Assembly: GCA_017534305.1 (NCBI GenBank)
Contig: JAFWCU010000035.1
Span: 79,790 to 143,789 of the forward strand
Direction: 5' to 3'
DNA from: Clostridia bacterium
Lineage (GTDB): Bacteria; Bacillota; Clostridia; TANB77; CAG-465
Length of the DNA: 64,000 nucleotides
Program-made: the position numbers and the translations under genes
The notes under the pieces: model-generated
Told to the model about the DNA's origin: nothing
Databases searched by the model: none
What the model saw: only the letters and a program-made list of their open reading frames with translations
Shown here: one piece after another, positions 1 through 10,196 of the stretch
Numbering within the stretch: the first letter of the stretch is position 1
Layout: each line of letters begins with the position of its first letter

Positions 1-219
1 TTTAGAGTAGTATTTAGAACAAAGCTCTAAAAATTTAAAGCCAGATCTAGTAAACTCTGTTAGGTCTCCTGCAATAACAAGAACTTCACCTTGAACTTTA
101 GGTGCAATGTTTTTAGCAATAAAAGACTCCATTTGTTTTACATCATAACCATTAGATGTAGCTTGCAAATAAAAACTTAAATGCATATCTGAGATGTAAT
201 CAACAGTTAACTTACTCAT
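1..219 (-). CDS. Metallophosphoesterase-like protein, N-terminal part (gene runs off the window)
   Basis: Reverse-strand ATG at 217-219 preceded by GAGGTGA. Translation is MSKLTVDYISDMHLSFYL...VLVIAGDLTEF, with the D-x-H and GD motifs typical of calcineurin-like phosphoesterases. Confidence 0.45.
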   Translation of the reverse strand, partial: MSKLTVDYISDMHLSFYLQATSNGYDVKQMESFIAKNIAPKVQGEVLVIAGDLTEFTRSGFKFLELCSKYYSK

Positions 220-381
220 TTTATCACCTCTAATCAAAAATTTTTAATTAAAATCAACTATATTTCAAGCTCGCATATTATACCATAATTTTGTCAACTT
301 GTAAAATATAAGAAAGTATTATATACTTAAACATAGAAAAAACACGAAAACATGAATAATAAAAATGAAAGAAGGAATACT

Positions 382-1047
382 ATGAAATTTTGTCCAGAAT
401 GTGGAAGTCTACTAAATCTAGAAGATAAGATTTGCCCATGTTGTAAGTTCGATATCATAAACATGAAAAAGACAGAGGAGCCTGTAAGTAATACTTTTGA
501 ACCAGATCCTCGAGATATTATAGATATAAAAATACAACCAATGCCACCAACATCTCCTGTAGCATTTGGGCTAATGGAGCCAATTGTATATTTAAAAAAC
601 TATATAAAAGATTCAATAATGATAGAACAAGACCCCGACGATAAAGTAGCGACAAATATAGAAAATATAGCAAGAACATTTGCAAACGATTTAGTGGTTA
701 AAGCTTTATCTGCTAGAGTAGTAGAAAAAGACATAAATAAAATAATGAAAGAAGTAAAATTACTAGAAAAAGAAACAGATGATACAAAAGAGTATTCAAC
801 TAAGCATAAAGTACCATATGAAGAAACAAGAAGTGCAATATGGAGTGCTTTGCAAAAAGAACAAACAACACAAGATGCAATAGAGCAAATACAAAAAGAT
901 TTAGATGATATTCTAAATGAAAATATAACTTTTTCTGAAAGAGAAAAAATAACAAAATATATAAATATGCTAAAGAAAAGAGACCTAAATATGATTGCAA
1001 AAGTAGTAAACGATAAAATACAAAGTTATAGAACATTTACTGCTTAA
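382..1047 (+). CDS. Zinc-ribbon domain protein
   Basis: ORF track 352..1047. I prefer the ATG at 382 (AAGGAA RBS 6 nt upstream). The N-terminus MKFCPECGSLL...CPCC is a CxxC...CxxC zinc ribbon; the rest is unassignable. Confidence 0.5.
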   Translation: MKFCPECGSLLNLEDKICPCCKFDIINMKKTEEPVSNTFEPDPRDIIDIKIQPMPPTSPVAFGLMEPIVYLKNYIKDSIMIEQDPDDKVATNIENIARTFANDLVVKALSARVVEKDINKIMKEVKLLEKETDDTKEYSTKHKVPYEETRSAIWSALQKEQTTQDAIEQIQKDLDDILNENITFSEREKITKYINMLKKRDLNMIAKVVNDKIQSYRTFTA

Positions 1048-1061
1048 AAGGAGGAAATACT

Positions 1062-1664
1062 ATGAGATATACATGTGCATATTGCCAAAAACATTCATGT
1101 CACAAAGGAGATTTAGAAAATGCTCCATTAAATTGCCCAACAAAAAATGAAAAGGAAAACTTAGATAAAATACTAGAAAAATATGATGAAGAAGAAAATT
1201 ACAAAATTGCTCATGTTAGTGCAGAAGTTGTAATGGATAACTATGGTGCAAAAACAAGAGTAAGAGAAATAGTAGATTTTTGCAAACAAATGGAATACAA
1301 AAAGCTAGGACTAGCGTTTTGTGTAGGACTTGCTAAAGAGGCAGGGATATTTATACAAATACTAAAAAATCACGGATTTGAAGTTGAATCTGTAATATGC
1401 AAATTAGGTAGTGTAAATAGAGAAAAGATAGGGATAGAAGGTTGCGATGTTCCGATGTGTAATCCAATAGCACAAGCAGAATTTTTAAATAAAGAAAAAA
1501 CAGAATTTAACATTGTACTTGGACTATGTGTAGGACATGATACATTATTTTTTAAGTACTCTGAAGCACCAGTTACAGTTCTAGCTGTAAAAGATAGAGC
1601 TTTAGCACATAACCCACTTGGTGCACTATATCTTGCAGATGGATATTTTAAAAATAAAGTGTAA
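1062..1664 (+). CDS. DUF1847-family Cys-rich metal-binding protein
   Basis: Strong RBS AAGGAGG. N-terminal CxxCxxxxC...C cluster and the GLCVGHDTLFFKYS / VKDRALAHNPLGALY block that I associate with DUF1847. Confidence 0.6.
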   Translation: MRYTCAYCQKHSCHKGDLENAPLNCPTKNEKENLDKILEKYDEEENYKIAHVSAEVVMDNYGAKTRVREIVDFCKQMEYKKLGLAFCVGLAKEAGIFIQILKNHGFEVESVICKLGSVNREKIGIEGCDVPMCNPIAQAEFLNKEKTEFNIVLGLCVGHDTLFFKYSEAPVTVLAVKDRALAHNPLGALYLADGYFKNKV

Positions 1665-1701
1665 AACAAAGAGTAAAAGAGAATAAATAAGAGGTAAGAT
1701 T

Positions 1702-2052
1702 ATGAAAGAATATATAAGAATAACAACTTTTAGCAAAGATAAAAAAACAGTAGCAAGAATATCTACTGAAGTAATAAAAGAAAAGTATGCTGCAAGTACA
1801 CATATAGATAAAGTTTTATCTAGTTACTGGTGGGATGGTAAAGTAGAAGACACTCAAGAATATAGACTAGAAATAATAACAAGAAAAGATAAGGAAGATA
1901 TAATAGTACAAACAATAAAACTTCTTCATGATTACGATGTACCAGAGATACAAATAGATGAGCATAAAACAGAAAACAAAGATATTAAAAAATGGATAGA
2001 CGATATAGTAAATGAATCAAATGATATAACAGATAAGAGCAACGAACTGTAA
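1702..2052 (+). CDS. cutA: Divalent-cation tolerance protein CutA
   Basis: 116 aa. SSYWWDGKVEDTQEYRLEIITRKD and HDYDVPEI match the CutA1 signature (S-x-Y-x-W...E...KT; H-x-Y-x-x-PE). Confidence 0.7.
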   Translation: MKEYIRITTFSKDKKTVARISTEVIKEKYAASTHIDKVLSSYWWDGKVEDTQEYRLEIITRKDKEDIIVQTIKLLHDYDVPEIQIDEHKTENKDIKKWIDDIVNESNDITDKSNEL

Positions 2053-2221
2053 AACAATTACAGCTCTTTTTACATATTAATGCACAATTTAACAATGACA
2101 CAATAAAATATGTTTAAAAGCAAAATATGGGCAAATTAAGGCTATAATAATGCTAAAAACAAAACTTGAAAAATAATACAATTTATGTTAAAGTTAAATT
2201 ATGAAATAGGAGGTACTATTT

Positions 2222-2710
2222 ATGAACAAAAAAGTATTATACACAATTATTGCAGCAGTAGTTGTAATTGCACTTGTAGTTGTAATTGCAGTGGTTGCAG
2301 GTAATGGCAAAAAATGTGATGAAGAAACTACAGATATTACAGATACAAACAACACACCAGAAGTTGTTGAAACTGTGGATAACGATGAACAACAAACAAT
2401 ATCAGATGTTACAGATTTAGAATTCTATTCAGATGATAAACAAATTGTTTTCATGCAAGCAGACAACATTTACTGGGTATTTGGTTATGAAGGAAATAAA
2501 ATAACATCTTACACAATATATGTAAAATGTGATGACGCAGCACAAGCTGCAACAGCTGCTCTAGCATATGATAGATCAGATGAAGATATAAAAAGTGTAA
2601 CAACAGAGGGAAGATATGTAAAAGTTGAAACAAATCCATCTGCATATGAAGATATGTCACCAGATGATTTAAGACAAACATTCTCATACTTGAAAGAGCA
2701 TACAAAATAA
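2222..2710 (+). CDS. Membrane-anchored hypothetical protein
   Basis: RBS AGGAGG. N-terminal TM helix (LYTIIAAVVVIALVVVIAVVA) followed by an acidic Thr/Asp-rich linker. No recognisable domain. Confidence 0.5.
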   Translation: MNKKVLYTIIAAVVVIALVVVIAVVAGNGKKCDEETTDITDTNNTPEVVETVDNDEQQTISDVTDLEFYSDDKQIVFMQADNIYWVFGYEGNKITSYTIYVKCDDAAQAATAALAYDRSDEDIKSVTTEGRYVKVETNPSAYEDMSPDDLRQTFSYLKEHTK

Positions 2711-2853
2711 TAACAAAAATATAATAAAATGAAGGAGTCAAATTTTATAGTTTGGCTCTTTTTATATTTAATATAAATAATACTACAATTTCGTTTTACA
2801 ACATCAACAAATTGTGCTAAAATAGTCTTGCAAAAAGAGGATGAAAAAGAAAG

Positions 2854-4209
2854 ATGAAAATTGTAATAGCAGGTATAGGTAAATTTGGAGATTATTTAAC
2901 AAGACAACTTGCAAAAGAAAACAATGAAATAACAGTAATAGATATAAACTTCACTGGTAAAGAGGCCTTAATTAATAACGAAGATATAAATAACATTGAA
3001 GGAAACGCACTAGATGTAAAAATACTAGAAGAAGCAGGAGTACAAAACTCAGACTTGCTTATTGCTTCAATGAAAGAAGACTCAGAAAATGTAATGTGTG
3101 CATTACTTTCAAGAAAGCTTGGAGTAAAAAACACAATTGCAAGAATTAGACGTCCAGAATACATTGACTCACTAAATATGATCAAAGAACCACTAGGTTT
3201 ATCTATGATCATTAGTCCAAAACAATTAACTGCAAACCAAATTGCACAAACACTAAGTATACCAAGTGCAATTGAAACAACATCATTTTTCAAAGGAAGA
3301 ATATACGTTATATCTTTAAAACTAAAAGAAGATTCAAAATATATAGGACAATCAATAAAAGAGATATCTCAAAAATTGAACGGAAATATAATTGTTTGTG
3401 CTATTGAAAGAGAAGATAGTGTAGTTATTCCAAATGGAGAAACTATCATTCAAGCAGAAGATAAAATCCATATAACAGGAACAAGAAAAGATATTAATTC
3501 ATTCTTAAGATACGGAAATTTAATACAAGATAAAACAAGACAAGTAATGATTGTAGGTGGTTCAGACATATCTAAATATTTAGCAAACCAACTTGCAGAT
3601 ACAGATATGAAGGTAAAAATAGTTGAACCAAATAAAGAAGTTGCACTAGAGCTTGCAGAAACTTTAGATAATGTTTTAGTAATAAATGCAGACCCATCAG
3701 ATGAACAAACATTATTTGAAGAAGGTATTCAAGAAACAGATGCATTTGTAGCCTTAACTGGTATAGATGAAGAAAACATTGTTTATTCAATGTTTGCGTC
3801 AAGCCAAAAGGTACCAAAAGTAATTACTAAGATAAACCACATTAATTTATCTGGTATTACACAAATGGCAAAAATAGATGCTGTAGTATCTCCACATAAA
3901 ATTGCTGCTAACCAAGTTGTACAATATGTACGTGCAATGGAAAAAGGTAAAAGCTCAAGTTGTGAATCTATATACAACTTTGGAGATAACATCTTTGAAA
4001 TGATCGAGTTTAAAGTAAAAGAAGATTTCAAAGGAATAAACCAAAAACTAGAAGAATTAAAACTACAAGATGATACATTAATTGGTGCTATACAAAGAGG
4101 AAAAAATATTATTTATCCTCAAGGAAAAGATGAAATAAGACTTAACGATACAGTTCTTGTTATATGTAGAAACAATAAAGTTAAAGAACTAAATGATATG
4201 ATTAAGTAA
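2854..4209 (+). CDS. trkA: Trk potassium uptake protein TrkA (two RCK/NAD-binding modules)
   Basis: MKIVIAGIGKFGDYL and a second VMIVGGSDISKYLA Rossmann GxGxxG motif. 451 aa and adjacent to trkH. Confidence 0.85.
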   Translation: MKIVIAGIGKFGDYLTRQLAKENNEITVIDINFTGKEALINNEDINNIEGNALDVKILEEAGVQNSDLLIASMKEDSENVMCALLSRKLGVKNTIARIRRPEYIDSLNMIKEPLGLSMIISPKQLTANQIAQTLSIPSAIETTSFFKGRIYVISLKLKEDSKYIGQSIKEISQKLNGNIIVCAIEREDSVVIPNGETIIQAEDKIHITGTRKDINSFLRYGNLIQDKTRQVMIVGGSDISKYLANQLADTDMKVKIVEPNKEVALELAETLDNVLVINADPSDEQTLFEEGIQETDAFVALTGIDEENIVYSMFASSQKVPKVITKINHINLSGITQMAKIDAVVSPHKIAANQVVQYVRAMEKGKSSSCESIYNFGDNIFEMIEFKVKEDFKGINQKLEELKLQDDTLIGAIQRGKNIIYPQGKDEIRLNDTVLVICRNNKVKELNDMIK

Positions 4210-4227
4210 TAGAAAAGGAAAAAGAAA

Positions 4228-5649
4228 ATGAGAGCAAAAATAACATTAAACTTTATCGGTAAAGTATTAATTGGAATGGCAGTACTTTTCACTTTTCCAA
4301 TTTTTACAGCGCTAATTTATCATGAAAATATACTAAATTTTGTTATACCACAAGTAATAAGTTTAATAGTAGGATTATTATTAAACGCAATTAAATATGA
4401 AAAAAATTCACAAATATATGCAAGAGATGGATTAAAAATAGTTGCTCTGTCTTGGATAATAATATCTTTAATTGGTGCATTACCAATTTATCTAAATCAT
4501 GATGCGCCATACATAGATGCATTATTTGAAACAGTATCAGGGTTTACAACAACAGGTGCAACTATATTTAAAGATGTAGAACACTTAGATAAAGCAATAC
4601 TTTTCTGGCGTGGTTTTACACATTTTATTGGTGGTATGGGAGTACTTGCTTTTGTCATGGCTATTATTCCACTTTCAACTAAAAATAAGTCTATGCATGT
4701 ATTAAAAGCTGAGATGCCAGGACCATCTGTTTCTAAACTTGTACCAAGTATGAAAAAGAATTTAGCTATTCTTTATGGAATTTACATTGGTTTAACAGTA
4801 CTAGAAATTGCGCTACTCAAAATTGCACATATGCCTACTTTTGATAGTATAGTAATTGCATTTGGTACAGCAGGTACAGGAGGATTCTCTGTACTAAATA
4901 CATCAATTGCAAGTTATACAACTATGGCAAAATATGTTATAGCAATATTCATGTTCTTGTTTGGTGTAAACTTTAACATATACTTCCTTGTAGCACTTGG
5001 AAAAGTTAAAGAGGCACTAAAGAGTGAAGAACTTAAAGTATACGCAAGCATGTTCATAGTTGCAGTAGCAATAGTAGTACTAAACACAGTACATATATTT
5101 GGCAATACATACAAAGCATTTGAGGAAGCTTTCTTCCATGTATCATCGATAATGACAAGTACTGGATACTCAATAGGAGATATAAACGTATACCCAACAA
5201 CAAGTAAATCAATTATGCTAGTACTAATGTTAATTAGTGCATGTGCAGGAAGTACATGTGGAGGATTAAAAATATCTAGACTAATAATCTGCGCAAAAAG
5301 CATTAAAAGAAACTTAATTAAACAAGTACATCCAAATGCAGTTCAAGTAGTTAAATTTGAAGGAAAGAAAGTCTCAGAGGAAACTATCGAAAACACAAAC
5401 ACATTCATATTCCTTTATGTAGCTTTAATACTACTTTTTATACTAATTATCTCATTTAACGGCTACAACATAGAAACAACAATAAACGCAGTTTTCACAA
5501 CATTTGCAAATGTAGGACTATGCTTTAACATACAAAACTTCCAAGAATTCACTGTACTTTCAAAAGCAACACTATGCGTAGCAATGCTACTTGGACGTTT
5601 AGAGATATTCCCACTTGTGTCATTGATTAGTGATATGAGGAAGGAGTAA
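4228..5649 (+). CDS. trkH: Trk potassium uptake protein TrkH (membrane subunit)
   Basis: 473-aa polytopic membrane protein with GFTTTGAT and GTAGTGGFS selectivity-filter-like repeats. Starts 19 nt after trkA. Confidence 0.85.
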   Translation: MRAKITLNFIGKVLIGMAVLFTFPIFTALIYHENILNFVIPQVISLIVGLLLNAIKYEKNSQIYARDGLKIVALSWIIISLIGALPIYLNHDAPYIDALFETVSGFTTTGATIFKDVEHLDKAILFWRGFTHFIGGMGVLAFVMAIIPLSTKNKSMHVLKAEMPGPSVSKLVPSMKKNLAILYGIYIGLTVLEIALLKIAHMPTFDSIVIAFGTAGTGGFSVLNTSIASYTTMAKYVIAIFMFLFGVNFNIYFLVALGKVKEALKSEELKVYASMFIVAVAIVVLNTVHIFGNTYKAFEEAFFHVSSIMTSTGYSIGDINVYPTTSKSIMLVLMLISACAGSTCGGLKISRLIICAKSIKRNLIKQVHPNAVQVVKFEGKKVSEETIENTNTFIFLYVALILLFILIISFNGYNIETTINAVFTTFANVGLCFNIQNFQEFTVLSKATLCVAMLLGRLEIFPLVSLISDMRKE

Positions 5650-5682
5650 TTTACAAATTAATAATAATGTATAATATAAACA

Positions 5683-5748
5683 TAGATAAGAGTTAGTAGG
5701 AAAAATACTCATATTATGGGAGTTCTAGGTTCGAGTCCTAGTTATCTA
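5683..5748 (+). other. tRNA-like relic (perfect T-arm plus 7-bp acceptor-like pairing, too short for a tRNA)
   Basis: TAGATAA...CTAGG-TTCGAGT-CCTAG-TTATCTA has a canonical GTTCGAGTC T-loop and a 7/7 complementary acceptor-like stem. Total length is only 66 nt, the stems are AT-rich, and I cannot fold proper D and anticodon arms. Confidence 0.35.
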
Positions 5749-5754
5749 TATATT

Positions 5755-5803
5755 GTCACTACCAGTCTCTCAGTCGAAAGACTGCTGGGTAGTGACATTT
5801 TTT
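5755..5803 (+). terminator. Intrinsic terminator after trkH and the tRNA-like element
   Basis: GTCACTACC...CAGTC-gaaa-GACTG...GGTAGTGAC hairpin followed by ATTTTTT. Confidence 0.75.
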
Positions 5804-5905
5804 ATTTATAAAAAGTCTAATAAATATATTATAAACAATTGATAATGTATAAAAGAATATGATAAAATTAAAATACAAAAATGTACACAAACGATTAATG
5901 AACGG

Positions 5906-5934
5906 TTGAAATGTTATGTATACTATGATATAAT
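5906..5934 (+). promoter_or_regulatory. SigA-type promoter for the 490-aa ORF
   Basis: TTGAAA, 17-nt spacer, TATAAT. Confidence 0.55.
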
Positions 5935-5956
5935 GTGATGCGTTAAAGGAGAGAAT

Positions 5957-7429
5957 ATGGAAAATAGTGATAGATTTTACAGTGAATTTAAAGAAATTCT
6001 TTTAAAATGTTCTTATACTAGTACATATAAGTTTTCTTGGGCAAAGGCAATAATAGAATTATCAATAAAAGATAACAATACACATGAATACATCAATATA
6101 ACTTTTAATAGTATAGTTAGAATAATGTTTAAGTACTACTGGAATTTATATACAAAAGGTATTGTAGACAACACTTATATGGGCTTAAAAACTGAGATAG
6201 GCAATGCTATAGAAGAGTTGGCTAAAAAATACATTGGAAATTATGGAAATATAGAAAACTATGATACAGCTATAAAAAAAATAAATGGAGAAGATTATAA
6301 CAGATGTATTGAGAAAATGGAAGCAGCAGTATCAAAAGATGTTTGCGATAGATTTACTATATCAAAAGGAATACAACAAGATAATATATATGTTCATGAA
6401 AGTGGAAATAAGTATATAACTATGAAAAAGAGCCATATGAACATATTGAAAGAATCTTGTAATGAATTTTATAAGATAATCAATTATAGATGGGCAACAA
6501 CAGTTTTCAATATATCAAACGAAATTAGAAAAAAAGTTTTAGTAGAAGAAGAGTTTGAAGTAAATAGAAGTGTAGAAAATATTGAATTGTTTAATGCTGA
6601 TAACTATCATGATAAGAGTGAAATTGAACTAGAACATGAAAATGAAGAAAATATCATAAAATCAAGTAGAGATGGTATAAAAAAAGAAACTATATTACAA
6701 CTGATTGAAGAAAGAATACAAGATATAATAGTTGACAGCAAAACTATCTACGTATTAAAAGGATTCAATAGTTTTTATAATGATATAAATATAGAAGTTA
6801 AACATATAATGAATCTTAACATTGATGATTCAATAATTAATATATTCGATAATAATGTGCAAAAACTATTATTTCAAACTATAGATGTTTTAAAAGAAGA
6901 AAAACCATGTTTTTGTTTTATGGAAGAATTATTAACATTTAATAAAATTATGCCTATATCTTCGATTATTAAAAACTTAAAATACGAAGTAGAAATAATC
7001 GAAATAGGATGCTTTGAGTATTATTATCCAGGCTTTAAATATAAGGATAATAGTGAAAACGAGTTAATAACAGAAAGAATTGCTGATGACGAAAAAATTC
7101 AAAATATATATCGATATTTTGAAATAATAAAAAATAAAGTGGTGGTAGCATATAACGATATGGATATTATTAAAGAGAATGATATTCCAATCAACTACTT
7201 GTTTGACGGATTTGATGATGTAGAAAAAATGAAAAATAGGTATATTAATTCGAATAATACTGTATCTATTGATAAAACTATATCAAAAAAATCATTCATA
7301 GCTCTATTCGATGGAGCTTTATCAAATGAATTTAACAGTATACAAATTTCAAAAAATAACATTGACGATAGCAGTATGAAGTTTTTAAGCATACTTAATG
7401 AGATGGGAATTGACATACATGTAAAATAA
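5957..7429 (+). CDS. Hypothetical protein (490 aa), first gene of the accessory island
   Basis: RBS AAGGAGAG. It has its own promoter and terminator. No catalytic motif recognised. The N-terminal STYKFSWAKAIIELS segment resembles winged-helix-like modules seen at the N-termini of defence-island proteins, but that is a recollection only. Confidence 0.6.
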   Translation: MENSDRFYSEFKEILLKCSYTSTYKFSWAKAIIELSIKDNNTHEYINITFNSIVRIMFKYYWNLYTKGIVDNTYMGLKTEIGNAIEELAKKYIGNYGNIENYDTAIKKINGEDYNRCIEKMEAAVSKDVCDRFTISKGIQQDNIYVHESGNKYITMKKSHMNILKESCNEFYKIINYRWATTVFNISNEIRKKVLVEEEFEVNRSVENIELFNADNYHDKSEIELEHENEENIIKSSRDGIKKETILQLIEERIQDIIVDSKTIYVLKGFNSFYNDINIEVKHIMNLNIDDSIINIFDNNVQKLLFQTIDVLKEEKPCFCFMEELLTFNKIMPISSIIKNLKYEVEIIEIGCFEYYYPGFKYKDNSENELITERIADDEKIQNIYRYFEIIKNKVVVAYNDMDIIKENDIPINYLFDGFDDVEKMKNRYINSNNTVSIDKTISKKSFIALFDGALSNEFNSIQISKNNIDDSSMKFLSILNEMGIDIHVK

Positions 7430-7456
7430 AAGGCTGCAAAAGCAGCTTTTATTTTA
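7429..7456 (+). terminator. Intrinsic terminator after the 490-aa ORF
   Basis: AAAGGCTGC-aaaa-GCAGCTTTT hairpin overlapping the stop codon, followed by a T-rich tract. Confidence 0.6.
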
Positions 7457-7465
7457 TTTATTAAA

Positions 7466-7494
7466 TTGAGAAATTTGTCAATATATGGTATAAA
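7466..7494 (+). promoter_or_regulatory. Promoter of the Z1/GHKL/Dcm operon
   Basis: TTGAGA, 17-nt spacer, TATAAA, with TG at -15/-14 (extended -10). Confidence 0.5.
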
Positions 7495-7512
7495 TAAAAA
7501 AAGGTGGAAAAA

Positions 7513-10179
7513 ATGGGGATAGAAGAAAAAAATATAGAAATTTTGAAAAACGAAATATTTGATTCAAGAACAATTAGAAGAAAATCTTGGGATGAAATAA
7601 AAGAAAACAAAGATCTAATTTTGCAAATAATTAGGTTTAATAACAATATAGAGTTTAATGATGATGATTTCTATAAAGCAATAGAAGTATTAAAAAAAAT
7701 AGAGCAAAACACTGTGGATATTCGTTATCTTGATGATAATCAAATAAATAATCTTAAAGTTCCACAACAAAGCACATGTGCGTGGCAAATATTTAAAAAG
7801 AATTCATTAAAAAGTTATGGCTTTGAAACAATTAGAGATACAGAAGAAAGTGCATTAAAAATTTTAAATAGATTAAGAATAAATACAATTAATAAAGAAC
7901 CTGGAAAAGGACTAGTTATGGGATATGTTCAATCAGGAAAAACATTAAATATTGAAGCCTTAATAACCATGGCAGCAGATAACGGATTTAATGTTTTTGT
8001 AATGTTAACTGGAACCATAGAAAATTTAAGACAACAAAACTTAGACAGGCTAAAAAATGATATTGAATATAATGGAAAGTCAAGCGTATCATGGACTTTT
8101 GTTGATGATATTAAAAATGCAGAAAAGCACCACAAAATTTCTGGAATATTAAACAGTGAAGGAAGAATTGTGGTTACATTATTAAAGCAAAAAAATAATT
8201 TAACAAAACTAAACAAGTGGTTGACAGAATCTGTAGCAATAATGGAACAACAAAAAATGAAAGTATTAGTAATAGATGATGAGTCTGACCAAGCAAGTAT
8301 AAATACTAAAAAAGATACTAACAGAACTTCAATAAATCAATTAATTGTAGACTTGGTGAATTATAATAGATTTGGTTGCTTAAATTATATTTCATATACC
8401 GCTACACCATATGCAAATTTTTTAAATGAAAATTCTCCAGAGAGTTTATATCCAAAAGATTTTATTGTGTGTTTGCCTAAATCAAAACAATATATTGGCG
8501 CGAGTGAGATATTTGGTAAATATAGCGACATTGATAATAGCAGTGACGGATTAAATATTGTAAGGGATATAACAAAAGAAGATTTAGAATCCATAAAACA
8601 AATAGAGAAAGGAGAAAAACAGGAAATACCTGCAACGTTAAAAAGTGCTATTTGTTGGTTTATTTGTACTTTAGCTATTAGAAGATATAAAGCTGAAGTG
8701 GAAGTTGATAAAAAATTAAATAAAAGCCCGGTTAGTATGATGATTCATACTGATGCTAAAACGATAGTTCACAGAAATACGGGAAGATTCATTAAAGAAT
8801 GGATTAACTCAAATAAGCAGAATTTATTAAAATGGTGTGAAGAAGTATATAGAGAAGAATCATTAGGATTTACAAAAAATGATTTTCTAGAGGTTATGCC
8901 TAATTATGATGCAGATGGACTACATCATATCGAGGATTATCCTAATTTTGAAGATATAAAAAAATATGTAATTGAGATTTTAAATATAAAAGCATCACAC
9001 ATATACATAGATGATGATGATAGACTGAAATATCATAAAGGAATTCATGTTATAGAAGATAATAGCAATAATAGAAAAGGCGTAAATGACAATGGAGAAA
9101 TGATTAGAATTAAATATCCAGAAGAAAATGAAGTCGATTATGCAACAGGCTTTCTTATTATTGGAGGAAATACACTATCAAGAGGACTTACATTAAAAGG
9201 TCTTACAAGCTCATATTTTGCAAGAAAAACAAATCAAGTTGATTCATTAACGCAAATGGGAAGATGGTTTGGATATAGGATTGGTTATGAATTGTTACCG
9301 AGAATATGGCTTACTAGAGATTCCAAAGAAAAATTTACTGAAGCAGCATATATTGAAGAACAATTAAGAGATAATTTGGCTAGTTATGATTTAGGTACAA
9401 AACCATCAGAATATGCACCAAAAATAAAATCTTCATATTTAACAACATTTAAATTAACTGCTACTAATAAAATGCAAAATGCAGTTAAATATCAAACAAT
9501 TTATGAAAAGGTAGATAATCAAACAGTAATATTTGATGATGATATCGATATACAAAGAAACAACTTGATTAACACAATAAATTATATAAAGAACAATGAA
9601 AATAATTTAATACAAGAAAAAGATGGAAACTATGTTGAGAGAAATGTATCATATAGCGAACTATTTGATAATTTGTTAAGTAAAATCAAATTTTATGATA
9701 ATGCAAAACTATTTGGTGAAATTAAGTTCTTTATTAAATATTGTGAAGAAAAAGACAAACGAAATTGGGATGTAATAATTGAAAATTCAAAAGATAAATA
9801 TACACTTAATAATAAAAAAATTAAGGTTGGAAATATTGACATACAAACTGTAAATCGTTCTAGAAGACTAGATAATAGAAATGGTACAATATCAATTGGA
9901 GTATTATCAAACCCAAAAGATAAAACTAATGCTTATTTATATGAAACAGGAAAAGACGGAGATATATATAGTTTAAAAAGACCAAAATTATTCATATACT
10001 TCATAGATAAAGATTCAAAAGCTAATGGCTCAAAGAATAGAGCAGATATGAATTATGAAACCGATATAGTAGGTTTTAAAATCTATGTGCCTAACAAAGA
10101 TGAACAAGTAAATATGTTAAATAAAGAGAATAATAGATATTACATTTCTCAAATAATGAAAAAGGAGGAAAACTCTTAA
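7513..10179 (+). CDS. Z1-domain superfamily-II NTPase/helicase-like protein
   Basis: ORF track 7504..10179. I prefer the ATG at 7513 after AGGTGG. Motifs: GYVQSGKT (Walker A), VLVIDDESDQAS (DExD-like), YISYTATPYAN, GGNTLSRGLTLKGL. This arrangement is what I know as the Z1 domain family. Confidence 0.75.
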   Translation: MGIEEKNIEILKNEIFDSRTIRRKSWDEIKENKDLILQIIRFNNNIEFNDDDFYKAIEVLKKIEQNTVDIRYLDDNQINNLKVPQQSTCAWQIFKKNSLKSYGFETIRDTEESALKILNRLRINTINKEPGKGLVMGYVQSGKTLNIEALITMAADNGFNVFVMLTGTIENLRQQNLDRLKNDIEYNGKSSVSWTFVDDIKNAEKHHKISGILNSEGRIVVTLLKQKNNLTKLNKWLTESVAIMEQQKMKVLVIDDESDQASINTKKDTNRTSINQLIVDLVNYNRFGCLNYISYTATPYANFLNENSPESLYPKDFIVCLPKSKQYIGASEIFGKYSDIDNSSDGLNIVRDITKEDLESIKQIEKGEKQEIPATLKSAICWFICTLAIRRYKAEVEVDKKLNKSPVSMMIHTDAKTIVHRNTGRFIKEWINSNKQNLLKWCEEVYREESLGFTKNDFLEVMPNYDADGLHHIEDYPNFEDIKKYVIEILNIKASHIYIDDDDRLKYHKGIHVIEDNSNNRKGVNDNGEMIRIKYPEENEVDYATGFLIIGGNTLSRGLTLKGLTSSYFARKTNQVDSLTQMGRWFGYRIGYELLPRIWLTRDSKEKFTEAAYIEEQLRDNLASYDLGTKPSEYAPKIKSSYLTTFKLTATNKMQNAVKYQTIYEKVDNQTVIFDDDIDIQRNNLINTINYIKNNENNLIQEKDGNYVERNVSYSELFDNLLSKIKFYDNAKLFGEIKFFIKYCEEKDKRNWDVIIENSKDKYTLNNKKIKVGNIDIQTVNRSRRLDNRNGTISIGVLSNPKDKTNAYLYETGKDGDIYSLKRPKLFIYFIDKDSKANGSKNRADMNYETDIVGFKIYVPNKDEQVNMLNKENNRYYISQIMKKEENS

Positions 10180-10196
10180 TTGAGTATAAGTGATAA

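Noticed and set aside
2711-2853. A c-di-AMP (ydaO-type) riboswitch upstream of trkA.
   Set aside because: The intergenic region is only ~140 nt. It is already accounted for by the upstream gene's terminator and a TTTACA-17-TGnTAAAAT promoter, leaving no room for a ~130-nt aptamer.
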